From Lama glama (Eukaryota), in the NCBI GenBank assembly GCA_028534125.1, contig CM052817.1, positions 4,714,001 through 4,778,000 on the forward strand: a DNA stretch of 64,000 bases, written 5' to 3'. Below are positions 25,141-38,535 of the stretch, in pieces (position 1 is the stretch's first letter; each line of letters begins with the position of its first letter). The notes beneath the pieces were generated by a model. It did not search any database and had not been told where the DNA came from. It worked only from the letters and a program-made list of their open reading frames with translations. Both the position numbers and the translations under genes were made by a program.

Positions 25141-28100
25141 CGAGAGGGGCTGGGAACTTGCTCCGGGTTGTGCAGCTGGGATGGCAGAGCTGGGATTGGC
25201 CTCTCTCGGTTTCCGACTCCCAAGTCCCTTCTCCCACACTGAGGGGACGGCAGGGGTGACGGACTTACCCGGGGTGGGTCCTGACGCACTCTTCCACCCT
25301 CCTCTCCTCCCTCCTGGGGCCCCACTACACAACAGACACCTAATCAGCACATGTCAAACTGCACGCCAGTTTCACCCTTGCCGCCATAGAGCTGGCCCAG
25401 CTCAGCACTTGTTGGCTTCAGAAGTACACGGCCTAGGAGTGCCAGCTGGGCAGAGGTGCAGGGTCCCTTGGAACCATCACGTCCTCGTCCCTCTGTGTTA
25501 GGACTGGCCGCCGGGCTTGAGGGACAGGAGGGGTCTTCCTTGGTGACCACTCACCAACCCTGGGCTCATGTCAGAACACCCGGCCCTGATTCCCAGGTTT
25601 CAGGGAGTTCCCATTATTGTAACAGTTAAATTCAGTCATTGATGCCAGTTGACCCTACCTCCTTATTAACTCCTGTAGCCTCTTCTTCCTCTTCATTGAC
25701 ATGGCCTGCGTTCAGGTCCCCATTCTTTCCTCCTGGTCTCCTGTACCAGCTTCCCCACCAGTCCTCTGGCCTCCAGAGTCCCTTCCTCCAGTCTGTCCTC
25801 CTGGCTACTGATGGGGGAGTTACCTTCCTGATACACAACTCAGATCATGGCAGTACCCTGCTTAAAGATCCTCCTCTCATGATGGTTGTTTCACAGTTCG
25901 TGCCCCCAGGAATGCTGCCAGCTCTGTGTGAGGCTGACAGATTTTGGTGGAGAAAGGATCCTGAGGTCAAACATGTCTGGGAAATGATGAGGTTCAACTA
26001 TATTCTTCCTTGCAGATGCCTCAGGGTCTTTAATGACCCTAGAGCAAGCATGGCTTGGAAACTGACTTGACTCGATCCTGGAATCTTTCCAATTTCTCAG
26101 TGGACTGGTACCAGGTAGCAGGGCTGGAAACCCACGTGGCCTACAGGGTGGTCTAAATTCTGTGGTCCAGCACTCAGGCACCTCAGCTCCTGCCTGCAGA
26201 TCTTCCAAGCTGTGACCATGGCTCTGGGCTTGCCCACGGCCACCCTGGGCTCCAGCTGCACACGGTCTTTGCTGCTCCTAGAAGCCCCTGTCTGTCTGTC
26301 TCTTGCTTTCTCCCTTAATCCACCAGGCTCTCTCACAAAGGGTGGATCTCCAGAGTCAGCTCTTCCAGGAACCGACTGTGTACCAGATACTCCGTGTGCT
26401 TTTTTTTTATTGAAGGATAGTCAGTTACAATGTGTCAGTTTCCACATGCTTCTTGAGTGTGTCATGTACCCTTCAAAATACATCTCCACTATTATTATCT
26501 CACCATCCCCTCCCTCCTGATTAGATTAGGGCTTCCTCTTTACTCCCAAATTCCCCCGGCACCTCTCGACGGTACTCTCCTGCTGCATTTTTGCTTATTT
26601 GTCTGCTTCTTGCTAGACTCTGAGCTCCTTGAGGGCAGCGACTGTCATGTTCTCCCTGGCGCCCCAAGCCTTGTCTGGCATGAAGACGTGGGAAAGGTTT
26701 GTTGACTGACTAAAGAAATGAATGATCATAAAAAAAATAGCTCCCCTGCAACATGCCAAGCACTGTTCTAAGCTCCTGAGCCTCTGCTGATAAGAACCGC
26801 TCAACTTTACCAGGCATCTGTCGTGAGCCAAACCTTGTTTTAAGGGTTTGGCAAGTATTAACTCATTTAATCTTCACAATGACGTGGAATTTGGGCCGGC
26901 TGCTGCTGAGTCTCACAGAGGAAACAGGATGCTCCGGGCCGACGCTGTTAAGTCTAGGACTGGGGGTCCCCGGAGCAGACTGAGGGATGAGGGCATCCTG
27001 AAGGGGGAGCTCTGACTGCCCAGAACAGCAAATGACAAACCAAGTAGATAGCTGAAGTCAGCTATGGCCATGCCCAGAAAGGATATTCAGGGTTTCAGGT
27101 CTGGGTACACCTGCAGGGGTGGGTAATGGATGAATGAAATTCTCCAAGGTCTTCCAGAAAAAAACAAACAAACAAGCAAACAAAAACTTTTGCAATGCCC
27201 TCGTGGCTGAAGGGCCAACCCTGAATCTATTTTAAGTCACTGGAAATGCCAACTGTAACTGCCATCATTTTGCACCAGTCGTGGAGCTTTCAAGGGCACG
27301 GAGACTCCTTTAAACCACCCCATCCATCTTCAAAGCATCTTAGGCCCCAGATGACGAAACGGAGGCACACAGAGGTCAAGGGGCAGGCTCAGGGCCGGCA
27401 GTGAGAGGAGGAAAGTGGATGGAATGCTGTTCTTACAACTTTTAGGCAGGGGCTCAACACAGATGTTCCATTATTGTCACGAGCAGTGGCTTCATTTATG
27501 ACACCAAGAGTTGCAATATTAATGCGGCCATTTATTAAACATCTACCGTGTGTAAGAGGCTCTTTAAGCTTCTTTACGCATATAACTTACTCATCAGGAA
27601 AGCCAACACTTACAGAGCCCTTACCACAGTGTCCTTGTATTACCTCATTTTATCCTCAGAAGGACTTTGTGAGGCAAGTACAATCATTATCTCCATTTCA
27701 GGGAGCCAGGCTTGGAGAGGTTAAGGGACATGTCCAGGTGACGCCATTACCGAGGCTCTCAGCCTCATCTGAACCCTGGCCTCCCCTATTCTCCAGTGTC
27801 ACCCAAAATGACAATCAGAATTGTGCTCTCCTTCAAAATTCAGATTGTTTGCCAAGTTATACCAGCTTTATGAAGATGCTGAAAATAAAAATAATGTATC
27901 ATAAAAAACATATATATATACACACACACACAATATACACTTTATATGTCTTGTATTCCAAAATCCCTCTAGGGTCAATATATTAAATCTGCGAACTCAA
28001 TTGGAACCCAAATCAAGTGTATTTATGAAGGTCCAGTAATTCTACATTTGAGGAAATTAAGGTTTCGACATCATCCAAAAGAGAAAAATGTGTGGTCCAC

Positions 28101-29269
28101 CATTAGGATGCCTATTAACAAGAGGGACCCTCCAGTCACACTCCTCGGCAGCTCTGTTTCCCTCCCCGCTCCGCCCCCGGCACCCTCGCTGGCCGCCGCA
28201 CACTCCTAGGCATACTTGTGAGCCCGCGAACGCCTACGCTGGGCTGGGCGGACACCTGGCTCGGGGAAGCCGCCTCCCCAGCCCCGCCCAGTGAGGTGCG
28301 CAGATCAGCCTCATCTCCCGCCGACCTCTTCCACCAGGAGCCGAGCAATTCTGCAGATGCAGGTTTTAAATGGAAAGTGAGTCTTGATAGCAAAGCACAT
28401 CACAGAACTGGCCTCCCAGAAAAGCCAGAACGTGGGGCGTCGACCGAAAGAGATGGCGATACCGCCCTGAGAAAGTGTAAGCACGCATTTTCTGGAATTT
28501 GCCACCTTCTGCTCACCACGCAGAGTTTATGTCCTCTTTAGACTAAAAATATGGGGAGAAGCCCACGGAAACCTCCTAAGGTGTAATTATTAGCCTGCCG
28601 CTTTAGTTCCGTGATTACCCCTGAAGGCTGTGATTGCCGCAGCGGAGAGCGACCTGCTGTTCCACGTCTAGCTTTCAAGCTGACTGGCTTGCAGGATGGG
28701 TCTGCACGGGGAACGCCTCCCTCGGGCCCGGGAGTGCAGCATTACCGCGCCTCAGCCTGCAGGGTGATTTCCTTCCTGCCCTACATTTTGTAGGTGAGGA
28801 ATCTGAAGCCGCTAGGATCAGTGACTTCCAGCCCAGCTGGGGCCGCAGCCCAGGTCTCCTGCCCACTGAGCCTTTCTTCATGGCAAGACCCGTCTCCAGC
28901 TTGCCCAGCCCGGCTGGCAGGATGGCCAGATCCGTGCAGCCAGCCGCCTCCTGGACACCTCCACCTGGAGGCCCCACAGCCATTGCATATTCAGTCTTTC
29001 CAAGCCAACTGCCCCTGATCTCTGCTGTTCAGTTTGTCAAGTCAGAAACCTGGGAGTCTCATAGACTTTGTCCCTCCCTCAGACTCCGCTCTTCATCATT
29101 CGATTCATTCTCAAGACTCATCATCTTTCCCTTCCAGAATCTTCCCCTCCTCTCTGGCCCTTTTTCATCGCTGCCTCCACTCATGACAGGCCCTCACCTG
29201 CCCCAGCCTGGGGCTCTTTAATCCCACTGTACCTGCTCCTGAGATACCAGTCTAAGTCAGTAGCATCAG

Positions 29270-29475
29270 TGAAACGGAGGGACTGAGTGTGGTGATGATT
29301 CAGACCTGCAGCTTAACCCCGGCGCCGGGGCAAGCTGCCTATCCTTTTATTGGTACCTCGGTTTTCCTCATCTGTAAAGAGAAATAATAGTATCTGCTAC
29401 ATGATGTTATTGTGAAGAGAAAAGTGACATTCTGCATGTTTTATTGAGCACACAGTTCTCAACAAATGCAATCTA
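29270..29475 (+). mobile_element. MIR SINE, followed by an L2 fragment to ~30030
   Basis: MIR core cctcggttttcctcatctgtaaagagaaataatagtatctgc; L2 end tcactggactgtgagctc. Confidence 0.65.
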
Positions 29476-30805
29476 ACATTGTTGTATTATCATTCACATG
29501 TTCAGATCACTTAATTAACATCACTCCAAATTTTTCTACTTACTATAGAATAAAGTTCAAACTCAGCATGAAAACTTCTTAAAGCCAGGCTCCAACCTTC
29601 TCATATTTTGGCCACTGTCATTATTATGCCCATTGGGCCAACCTCAAATAATAGGACATGCTTTATTTTTCATCTTCTATGACTTGCCTGGTAGTCTTTA
29701 TCTTAGTCTTTATATTCATGAACTCCTACTCATAATTCAAAATCCAGACCAAATTTTCTACCCCTCTGTGGAGTGCTCATCAAGTCCCCTCCTGTTCCTT
29801 AGTTCTCCTATTTTCCCCTCTCCTGACCAAGTGCATCCATCTATGTTCTCAATTCTCACCAAACCCTGCCTGTTCCTCCCCTGCAGCCCTGATCATGCCA
29901 TATTGTAATTAAGGATGCACATGTCTGCCTTCCTCACTGGACTGTGAGCTCTTTGCACAGAGATATGACTAGGTCAGGGCCATAACCTCAGGGATTAGCA
30001 TGAAGCTGGTCTAGAAGTAGGTGCTCAGGGGATCAGAGTAGCCGAGGCTGAAGTCACAGAGTCCTGGTGTTGGGTCTCAGTGGCTCCCTTTGCTGTTGAC
30101 CCCTGGGCAAGCACTTAACCACTGCAGAAGTCTCAGAATTCATGGAATAATAATAGTGCCCGCCCCCTAGCGAGATAATGTACGTGACTCAATTAAAACA
30201 TAGGCTGATGTATTTAGCAAGGTCCCGACAGATGTGAGCAAGTTATTATTATATCAATTCATTGTTGAAGGAGAAATGAAATGCACACACCAACCGAAGC
30301 CCAACTCCCAGAGGTACGTGTTTGTATATGTTCCTCCAGATGATTTAAGAGCTCTCTCATCATTCTTTGCATTAAAGTGTGCTGAAAAGCCGTGGGAGCA
30401 GGGATCGGCAGCATGCCTGGCCTCTGTCTGGACCCCTTTGGGGGAACTCATGTTTCTTCGGCTTTATATCCTGGTAGGTGAACTCAGGTGTCACACACAC
30501 ATTCATCTGAGATGAAATGAAACTGCTGCATCAGTCTGACAATTTCTGTCTCTCAGGGGATGCTAGTAGCATTAATAGCAACACAAGACTCATTTCATTA
30601 AGGTATATAAGACACAGCTCAGGTGTGGACCAGGAGGACCTCACATGTCTGCATGGGAAGAGGAAGAACAGGGGAAGTTTATCTTGCTGAGTAAATACAG
30701 AGGCTCTGATGAGGTGCAGAAGCAACAACTGACGCACCAGCACCAGAGAACTACTCCAGACTGCGTGCCAGACTAAAGTACCTGATTTTTTAAAAAAGAC
30801 CTTTG

Positions 30806-31246
30806 CATACTAAGTAAGTCAGAAAGAGAAAGAAAAATACCATATGGTATCACTTGTATGAGGAATCTAAAAAAATAAGACAAATGAACTTATATATAAA
30901 ACAGAAACAGACTCACAGATGTATTCTGGAGATTCCTCAAAAGAGTAAAAATAGACTTACCATATGGTCCAGCAATCCCACTCCTGGACATATATCCAGA
31001 GGGAACTTTAATTCAAAAAGACATATTCACCCTAATGTTCATAGCAGCACTATTTACAATGGCCAAGACATGGAAACAACTGGAATGTCCATCTATAGAT
31101 GACTGGGTAAAGAAGCTGTGGTATATTTATACAATAGAATACTATTCAGCCATGAAAAAGAATAAATCAATGCCCCTTGCAACAACACGGATGGACCTGG
31201 AGACTGTCATTCTAAGTGAAGTAAGCCAGAAAAAGAAAGAAATAAA
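30806..31246 (+). mobile_element. Two cetartiodactyl L1 3' segments in swapped order
   Basis: Both segments align to the intact copy at 61049-61813; ORF 31035..31370 gives the L1 ORF2 C-terminal peptide MFIAALFTMAKTWKQLECPSIDDWVKKLWYIYT. Confidence 0.85.
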
Positions 31247-31249
31247 CCC

Positions 31250-34200
31250 TCCCCTGGATGTCCAGTTTTTAACCAAAAGTTACGAGACACATGACAAAGC
31301 AAAAGGAAAAACAAAAACCCAATGTGAAGAAACAAAGCAACCAGTGGAAATATACTCAGAGAGGGACTAGATATTAGAACTAACAGACAAGGAATTAAAA
31401 CTATATGAAAATCTCTTCATGGAAAAGGTGGGCAACATGCATTAAAAGATGGGGATCTCAGCAGAAAATGGAAATTATTAAAAAAAAAAAGGTGTAAATG
31501 TTAATTAAGAAAACCCAACATACTGCCAGAGAGGAGGCATGCCTTCAACAGGTTCATCAATAGACAGTAAAGAAAAGGAGTGAACTTGAAGATAAATCAA
31601 AAGAAATGACCAAAAATGGAGCATTGAGAGAAAAAAGTGAAAGAAAAACACACAGAGCATCCAAATGCCGTGGGAAGATATCAAAGGTCTAAATTATCAT
31701 AATTGAAACCCCCAAAGTGGAGGGAAGAAAGAGAGAGAGGGAGAGAGAGAAAGAGAGAGAGGAAAGTATTTGCAGATAATGACAAAGAATTTCCCAAAAA
31801 TGAGCCACAGATCTAAGCTCAGAGAACATCAATGAGGATAAACATCAAAAAGAAAGAAAAACAACACACTTAGGCACATCTATCTAAAACAAAGGTAAAC
31901 AGAAAATCCTGAAGGCAGATGAAGAAAGAAGGTCTATTACCTACAGAGGAACCAGGGTATTACGGCAGATTTGTTGTTGGAATCAATGCAAATGTGGAGT
32001 GACATATTTAAATGCTGAAAGAGAAAACAGCTGTCAACCCAGAATTCTCTTAAAATATCTTTTAAAAATGTAAGGCAAATAAAGAATTTTTTCCCCAACA
32101 AATACAAACATGAAAGAATTTATTGCCGGTAGCCTCTCCCTGCAAGAATTGCTCAGGGAAGTCCTTTGGGTAGAATGACTATGATATCAGATAGAAATCA
32201 AAGCTACACAAAGAAATAAAGAACTCTGGAAATGGGTAAAAGGAAGTTCATATAAAATCATTTTTTCTTATTTTTAACCACTGCAAGATATAACTGACTG
32301 AAGCAAAAAGAAAAATAATTAATTATGTATTTATAGCACAATAAAACAAAAGATGGATTGCAGGACTTGGGAGCATGTTACTATAACATTCTCACATCAC
32401 ACACGAAGTGGTCTGATATTTCAAGGTAGATTCTGATTAATTGAAGATGTATATTATAAACATAGGGCAACCTCTAAGCTTATAAAAAATATAAATACTA
32501 AACCAATAGAGAAGTTAACGCAGAATCATAAATGATGATCAACTAATCCAAAATAAGGTAAAAAAGAGGAAAAAAAACCCAAATAGAACAAATAGAAGAA
32601 AGAGTGAGATGATGGACTTAAACCCAACCATGTCAATAATTATATCAAGTATAGATGGTCTCAATCTCAATGGAAAGAGAGACCGTTGGACTAGATAAAA
32701 AAGACTGCCTACAAGGCATGTATGTAAAATATACAGACACAGATGGGGTAAAAACAAGGGGATAGAAAAGACATAATCAGGTTTTGCTAGAAAGGCTGAT
32801 ACTGATACTGGTTCATAAGGGCAGACTGAGAGAATCTCTTCCCTACTCTGTGTTCGATGATGTCCCGTTGGTAACTTGAAATCAGCCATGATGAAAGTAC
32901 TGCCATCAAGAAAGTCAGCAGAATCTGCAGATCAGGGCTTTATTTCTTCTTTATCAGATTGCTAGTCACTAAACATTCCCCAGCACACTGCTGGATGCGC
33001 TGTGCGAACGCTAACCAAAAGAAAGCTGAAGAGGCCATATTCACATCAGACAAAGTGGATTTCAGAGCAAGGAACAAGCTGGACATTATATAATGATAAA
33101 TGAGGCAATTTATCAAGAAGATGTAACAATCTTAAGTGCGTACGCATCTTAAAACAGAGCATTAAAATATGTGAGACTGAAATGCAAGCAAATGTGGACA
33201 AATATCCCCAACTACAGCTGGAGATTTCAACACACTTCTCTTAGTAATTGATGTAACAAGTAGACATAAAATCGATAAGAATGCAAACAAGACCTGAACA
33301 GCATTATCAAGCAGCCTGGCCTCACTGACATTTACAGAACACATGACCAGATGAGAACAAACAGGTGCCTTGCAAGTAAACATGGAATATTCACCAAGAT
33401 AGGTAATTTCTAGGCCATAAAACAGACTTTACCTATTAAAAAAAGAAAATAAATTATATGGGGTATTTTTCTGACCATCACAGAATTAAGCTGGACATCA
33501 ACAACAGAAAAATACACAGACAACTCCCGAATATTGTTGGAAATCACAGAATACATGTGTAAATAACCCTGAGGAAGTCACAGGGAAGTTAGAAAATGAT
33601 TGTAACATAATGAAAATGAAAACATATCAAAATTTGTGGGATACACTAAAGCTGGACTTAGAACAGAATTCACAGCATTTAACACTTTTGTTGGAAAAAA
33701 GAAGTTTCAAATCAATGATCTAAATTTCTTCCTTAAGAAAACCGGAATAAGAAGAATTAATTAAACCCAGAGTAAGCAGAAGGAAGGCAGAAATAAAGGT
33801 AAGAACAGAAATCAATAAAGTAGAAGATAGAAAAATAATAAAGAAAAATCAACGAAGGTGAAAACCTGTTCTTTAAAAGGGACAATACATAAGATAAATT
33901 TCTAGCCAGAATGACTAGGAAAACTCTAGAGGAAATCCAAACTACCAGTTCAGGGATGAAAGAGGGACCATCACTGCAAAATCTATACTCACTAAAAGGT
34001 TAATAAGGGGTTTTACAAATAACTAACTGAAGTCCTTGAAAAGTGAAGTGAAACAGAGGAATTCCTTGAAAGATACAAATGACCAAATCTTACTTAAGAT
34101 TTGTTGACTTTTTCTTATCTAAGAAAAAGACAAGTAAACAGAATTGACCCATGTTTATTAAAGAAATTGAATTCATAGTTAAAAACTTTCCTGCAAAGAA

Positions 34201-36525
34201 CCCCAGGCCCAAATATCTTCAGTGGCCAACTCTACCAAAAATGTGTTAGAAAAAATGCCCATCTACACAGGCTTTTCTGCAAAGTAGAAGAGGAGGGAAC
34301 ATTTCCCAACGTACATTGCCAACATTACTCTGATACCAAAACCACACCAAAATGTTAAAAGAAAACTACACATTTCCTCATGAACGAAGGTAAAAATTAT
34401 AACTGAGATGTTAGCAAATTGACTCCAGCAGTCCATAAAAAGGAGAGTACATTATGACCAAGTGGGCTTTACTCTGGGAATATAAGGCTGGTTCAACATT
34501 CCAAAATCAGTGTATTTCAAGGGACTACGGAAGGGAAACCATATAATTATCTTAATAGATGCAGAAAAGGTATTTGACAAAATTCAACATTCATTTATGA
34601 TGAAAAACCTCAGAAAATTGGAAATAGAAGGAAACTTCCTCACTCTGACGAGGATCAACTAACTACAAAACTTGTAGCTAATATCATGCTCAGCAGTAAA
34701 AACAAAAAAACAAACAAAAACCGATCTGACTTCTGGCTCAAATCAGGATCAAGACCAAGTAAATGAAATGTTCTAGCCTGGGCAACAAGAAAGGCATGCA
34801 GACTGGAAAGGAGGAAATAAAGCTGCCTCTATTGCAAGCATGCTGTCTACACAGAAAGCCTAAAGAATTTACTAAAAAAACTGATAGAACTGATATGTGA
34901 ACTTAGCAAAATTACAGGACAATACAAGGCCAATACACAAAAATCAGTCATATCTCTATAGATTAGCAATGAATACCTGGTAACTAAATTTTTAAAAAAT
35001 GTACCACTTGGATAGCACCCAAAATTCGTAAGACAGATACACATATAACAACATATTTTCCAAACTGGTTTGCTGAAAATTTTAAAGCACTGATGAAAGA
35101 ATCCAAAATGACCTAAATATAAGGAGAGAGGTTCTCTCTTCATGGATTGCAAGAGTCAACATTGTTACGATGTCATCTCTCCCTAAACTGATCTATAGAC
35201 TCAGTTCAATGCTAACAAAAATCCAGCGGGATTTTTTTTTAGTAGAAACCAACAAACTGATTCTAAAATTTATGTGAAAAAGCAAAGGATACAGGAAAGC
35301 CAAAATAATTCTGAAAAGAAGAAAAAAGTTGGAGGACTCTCACTACCTGACTTTAAGTGTCAGTGAAGCTACAGGAAAGTGTGAGATCAGCTAAAACATA
35401 CACAGATGATAGATCAGTGGGAACGAACAGCATCCAGAAACACTCCTGCACGTTTATGGTCGATTGAGTTTTGATGAAGTTGCAAAAGCAGTGCAGTAAA
35501 GGGCAGTCTTTTCAACAAATGGTGCTGGAACAGGTGTACAGTTTTTGCAAGTAAATGAAGCCTGTCTTACACTTCACACCGTAATCAAAAATGAACTCAA
35601 AATGGACTACAGCTCTACATGTAAAAACCAAGGAAAACAAGAGGAGAAAATCTCTGTGACCTCATGTGAGGAGAAGCTGTTTAGATACGCCCCCCCAACC
35701 CAAGGTTAATAAATGAAAAAGGAAAATTGGGCTTCATTAGAATTTAAAACATCTGCTTTTAAAAAGACTCCAGTAAGGTAAGTCAGTGACTGGCGAAAAT
35801 ATTTGCAAAATACATGGACTTATTCCCAAAATGTATAAGAATGATCAAAACTTGATAATCAAAAAGACAATCCAATAAATCAATGGGCAATGATTTGAAC
35901 AGATATTTCACAAAGAAGGTGCATGGATGGCAAATAAACAAATGAAACTATGTTCAACAGTTTGTCAGAGTCTTAGAAAGTTAAATGTACCCTTACAAAT
36001 GACCCAGGAGTCCCTCTTCTAGGTAATTATTCTAGAGAAGTAGAAGTTCATATAAAACGAAGTTTGAATTAAGTTCATATAAAAATCTGTATGCAAATGG
36101 ATTATTTATAATTTTATAAGACTAGAAATAACTCAAATCTCCTACAGCTGGTCATGGATAAACCAATGGTGTCTACTCATCCCACGGAGTTCTGACCAGC
36201 AATCAAAAGGGAAGCTACTGACCCGCACCACACGGCTAACTCTCAAAAGCACCATTCTCAGTAAAAAAGCCAGATTCAAAAGGTTCTCAACACTGTGATT
36301 CTGTTTTTTAGACTTTCTGGAATAGTTAGAAGTATAGGGGTAGAAAATTAATTACTGGCTGCCAAGGGCTGGGATGAGGGCGTTTTGGAGGTGATGGAAC
36401 TCTTCTGTATCTTCATTATGGTGGTGGTTATAATGACTGTGTATGTTTGTTCAAATTCATAGCACTACACACTAAAAGAGTATATTTTACTGCCTGGAAA
36501 TTGTTCTTCAAAAAATAAATATCTC
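31250..36525 (+). mobile_element. Long, decayed ancient L1 (L1MC/L1MD-like) with ORF1 and ORF2 remnants and 3' UTR; antisense to STK32B
   Basis: A-rich strand with recognisable L1 blocks: ggagatttcaacacacttctc (endonuclease region), aaggctggttcaacatt and atagatgcagaaaaggtatttgacaaaattcaac (RT region), ttttcaacaaatggtgctggaac; 3' UTR ggaggtgatggaactcttctgtatc. No intact ORF. Confidence 0.9.
32790..32993 (-). mobile_element. MER63-like hAT-Blackjack element nested in the old L1
   Basis: Reverse strand reads cagcagtgtgctggggaatgtttag...catggctgatttcaagttaccaacg...gagtagggaagagat. Confidence 0.7.
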
Positions 36526-36644
36526 AAACTATGTATTTGTCAGTTTGATGATTTGTAAAGTGATTGTCTCCCTTGCAAACAGCTAAACCAATCAGGGCAA
36601 GAATATTTCCTGTTTGTTCAAAGATGTATCAATAAATCTCTGTT

Positions 36645-36690
36645 GAATGGAAGGATGGATGGATGGATGGGTGGATGGATGGATGGATGA
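36645..36690. repeat. (GGAT)n microsatellite
   Basis: ggatggatggatggatgggtggatggatggatggat. Confidence 0.9.
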
Positions 36691-38309
36691 TTGGCAGGTT
36701 CTCAGTAAAGACATTGGGCCCTGGAGCCTCACTGCCTGGGTCTGAACGCTGGTTCTGTCACTTTTTCTCGCACGGAGGGCAGCAAACTTCACTTTGCTTA
36801 ACCTCCATCATTTCTGCAAGGGAAGTCCAAGCAGGGCCACGCATGGTGTCTCCACAACCATCCGTGTTTGCTCACTGCAGCATCCTGGGGAGGGGACTCA
36901 CATTTGGTGAGTACTGACAGGGCACCAGTGCCATCTGTATCCGCCATCCCCAGCCAACTGAGATCCTATCATGAACTAGGATTTGTCTGGGGGTCTGGTT
37001 CCCCGACTAGACTGTCGGCTCCATGACGCAAGGGAACATGACTTGGCTGTGGGCTCCAGTGCTTGGCTTAAACCAAATCATCAGTCATCCAAATAGCAAC
37101 AACAGCAACAATAACAACAGTGATAACATCAGCTACCAGCTGGGTGCATCTCCCAGGGGCCAGCGGAGATGTGGGAGACACTCAACGTCTCCCCATGCTT
37201 CACCGGGACCCATCCGTGGACGTCCAGTTACCCACTTGCTTCTCCAGGGCCACTCATGAGACCAACCCTGCAAATCTGATCACCACCATCTCCTGCGCTG
37301 AGCTTTCTGCTGTTCAAAGACCCCCGGGGCTTTGGCCGGCCGCACCCTCCTGCCCACCCTCTCTTGCTCTGTAAGCCATAAAAACGCGGAGCTGCTGGAG
37401 TCCCCAGCACACAGTGCTGGTTCACTCCCTGTGCCTTTGCACGGGCTGACACGGTCTCTCCTCGTCCCCACACGGCAGGTGAGCTCCCAGTCTAACTCAG
37501 GTGGTCACTTCCTGGGGCACCCATTTTCTCTGGGACCTGTGTGTATCCCTGCCCGCACAGCTGTCCGCCCTGCAGATGCTGCGCTCCCGAGGCCTGGGAG
37601 GGCATCGCTCCCCCCTGCGCCCCAGTGCCTGGCTCTGGGCCCCGCCCCCATAACACTCCAGTGTTTGCTGAAAGGACACTCCAGCTCTTCACTTCACCTC
37701 CGATGAACAAACTCTGAAGGCCTGGGCGGCTGCTGGACCGCCTCTGACTTCTAATCTGGCACCTTGCAGGCAGATCTCTTCCCCCTGTTTGTGAATTCCA
37801 TCTGCTCTTTTAATTAATGAAAATTCAATTCTATGCAAATGTTTCTTCTGGGATCATCCTTCCTGAGCAACCTGTGGGAGCCTACTTGTCAACCTGGTCC
37901 CTGAATCCGTGTTTGGAACATTCTGGGAACTTGTTATTGGGCCTTTGAACTGAACAGCTCAAGTGAACGAAATCAGCACGCCTGTCACTTGGCATCAGGA
38001 ACTGACAGCCTGGGATCTGCAGGGTGTGCCTTTATCGAGAGGGCGCCCCTCAGCCCCATCCTCCCTGCCAACCTCCCGCTGCCTGGCACTGCCAGCCCCT
38101 ACAGTCTCTGAAAATACATCCGTTTGATAAACCAGTTGTGCCCTCTAAATCCCATAAAAATCTCTCTGGTGCATTAGTTCCTTAATTCTGTACTGAAGCT
38201 CCTTGAATTAAAAGGACACCAGAAGCTCTCAATCCTGGGTACAGCTGAGACAATACACTTTTTTATTGTTTGAGAAATATGGCTTTCTGATACAAGAACT
38301 AAGTGTTAA

Positions 38310-38535
38310 AAAGGCAGCTTGGCATAGTGGTAAGATCCTGGACTTTGGACCCAAAAAGACATGCCTTCAAATTCTGCCTCCTTCATGTGCCAGCTGTGTG
38401 ACCCTAGGGAGGTTAACTGACCTCTCTGAGCCTCAGATAACTCATACATAAAATGAAAGAGATGTAGAAACATCACGTGGATCTTCGCATTTAATCCAAC
38501 GCAATGACAGATGTGGTAGGGTCTCAATACATGTC
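38310..38535 (+). mobile_element. MIR SINE
   Basis: ggcatagtggtaagatcctggactttgg...cagctgtgtgaccctagggaggttaactgacctctctgagcctcag. Confidence 0.75.

Noticed and set aside
31250..36525. Possible active or domesticated reverse transcriptase
   Set aside because: No long ORF remains; many stops and frameshifts and a nested MER63-like insertion.
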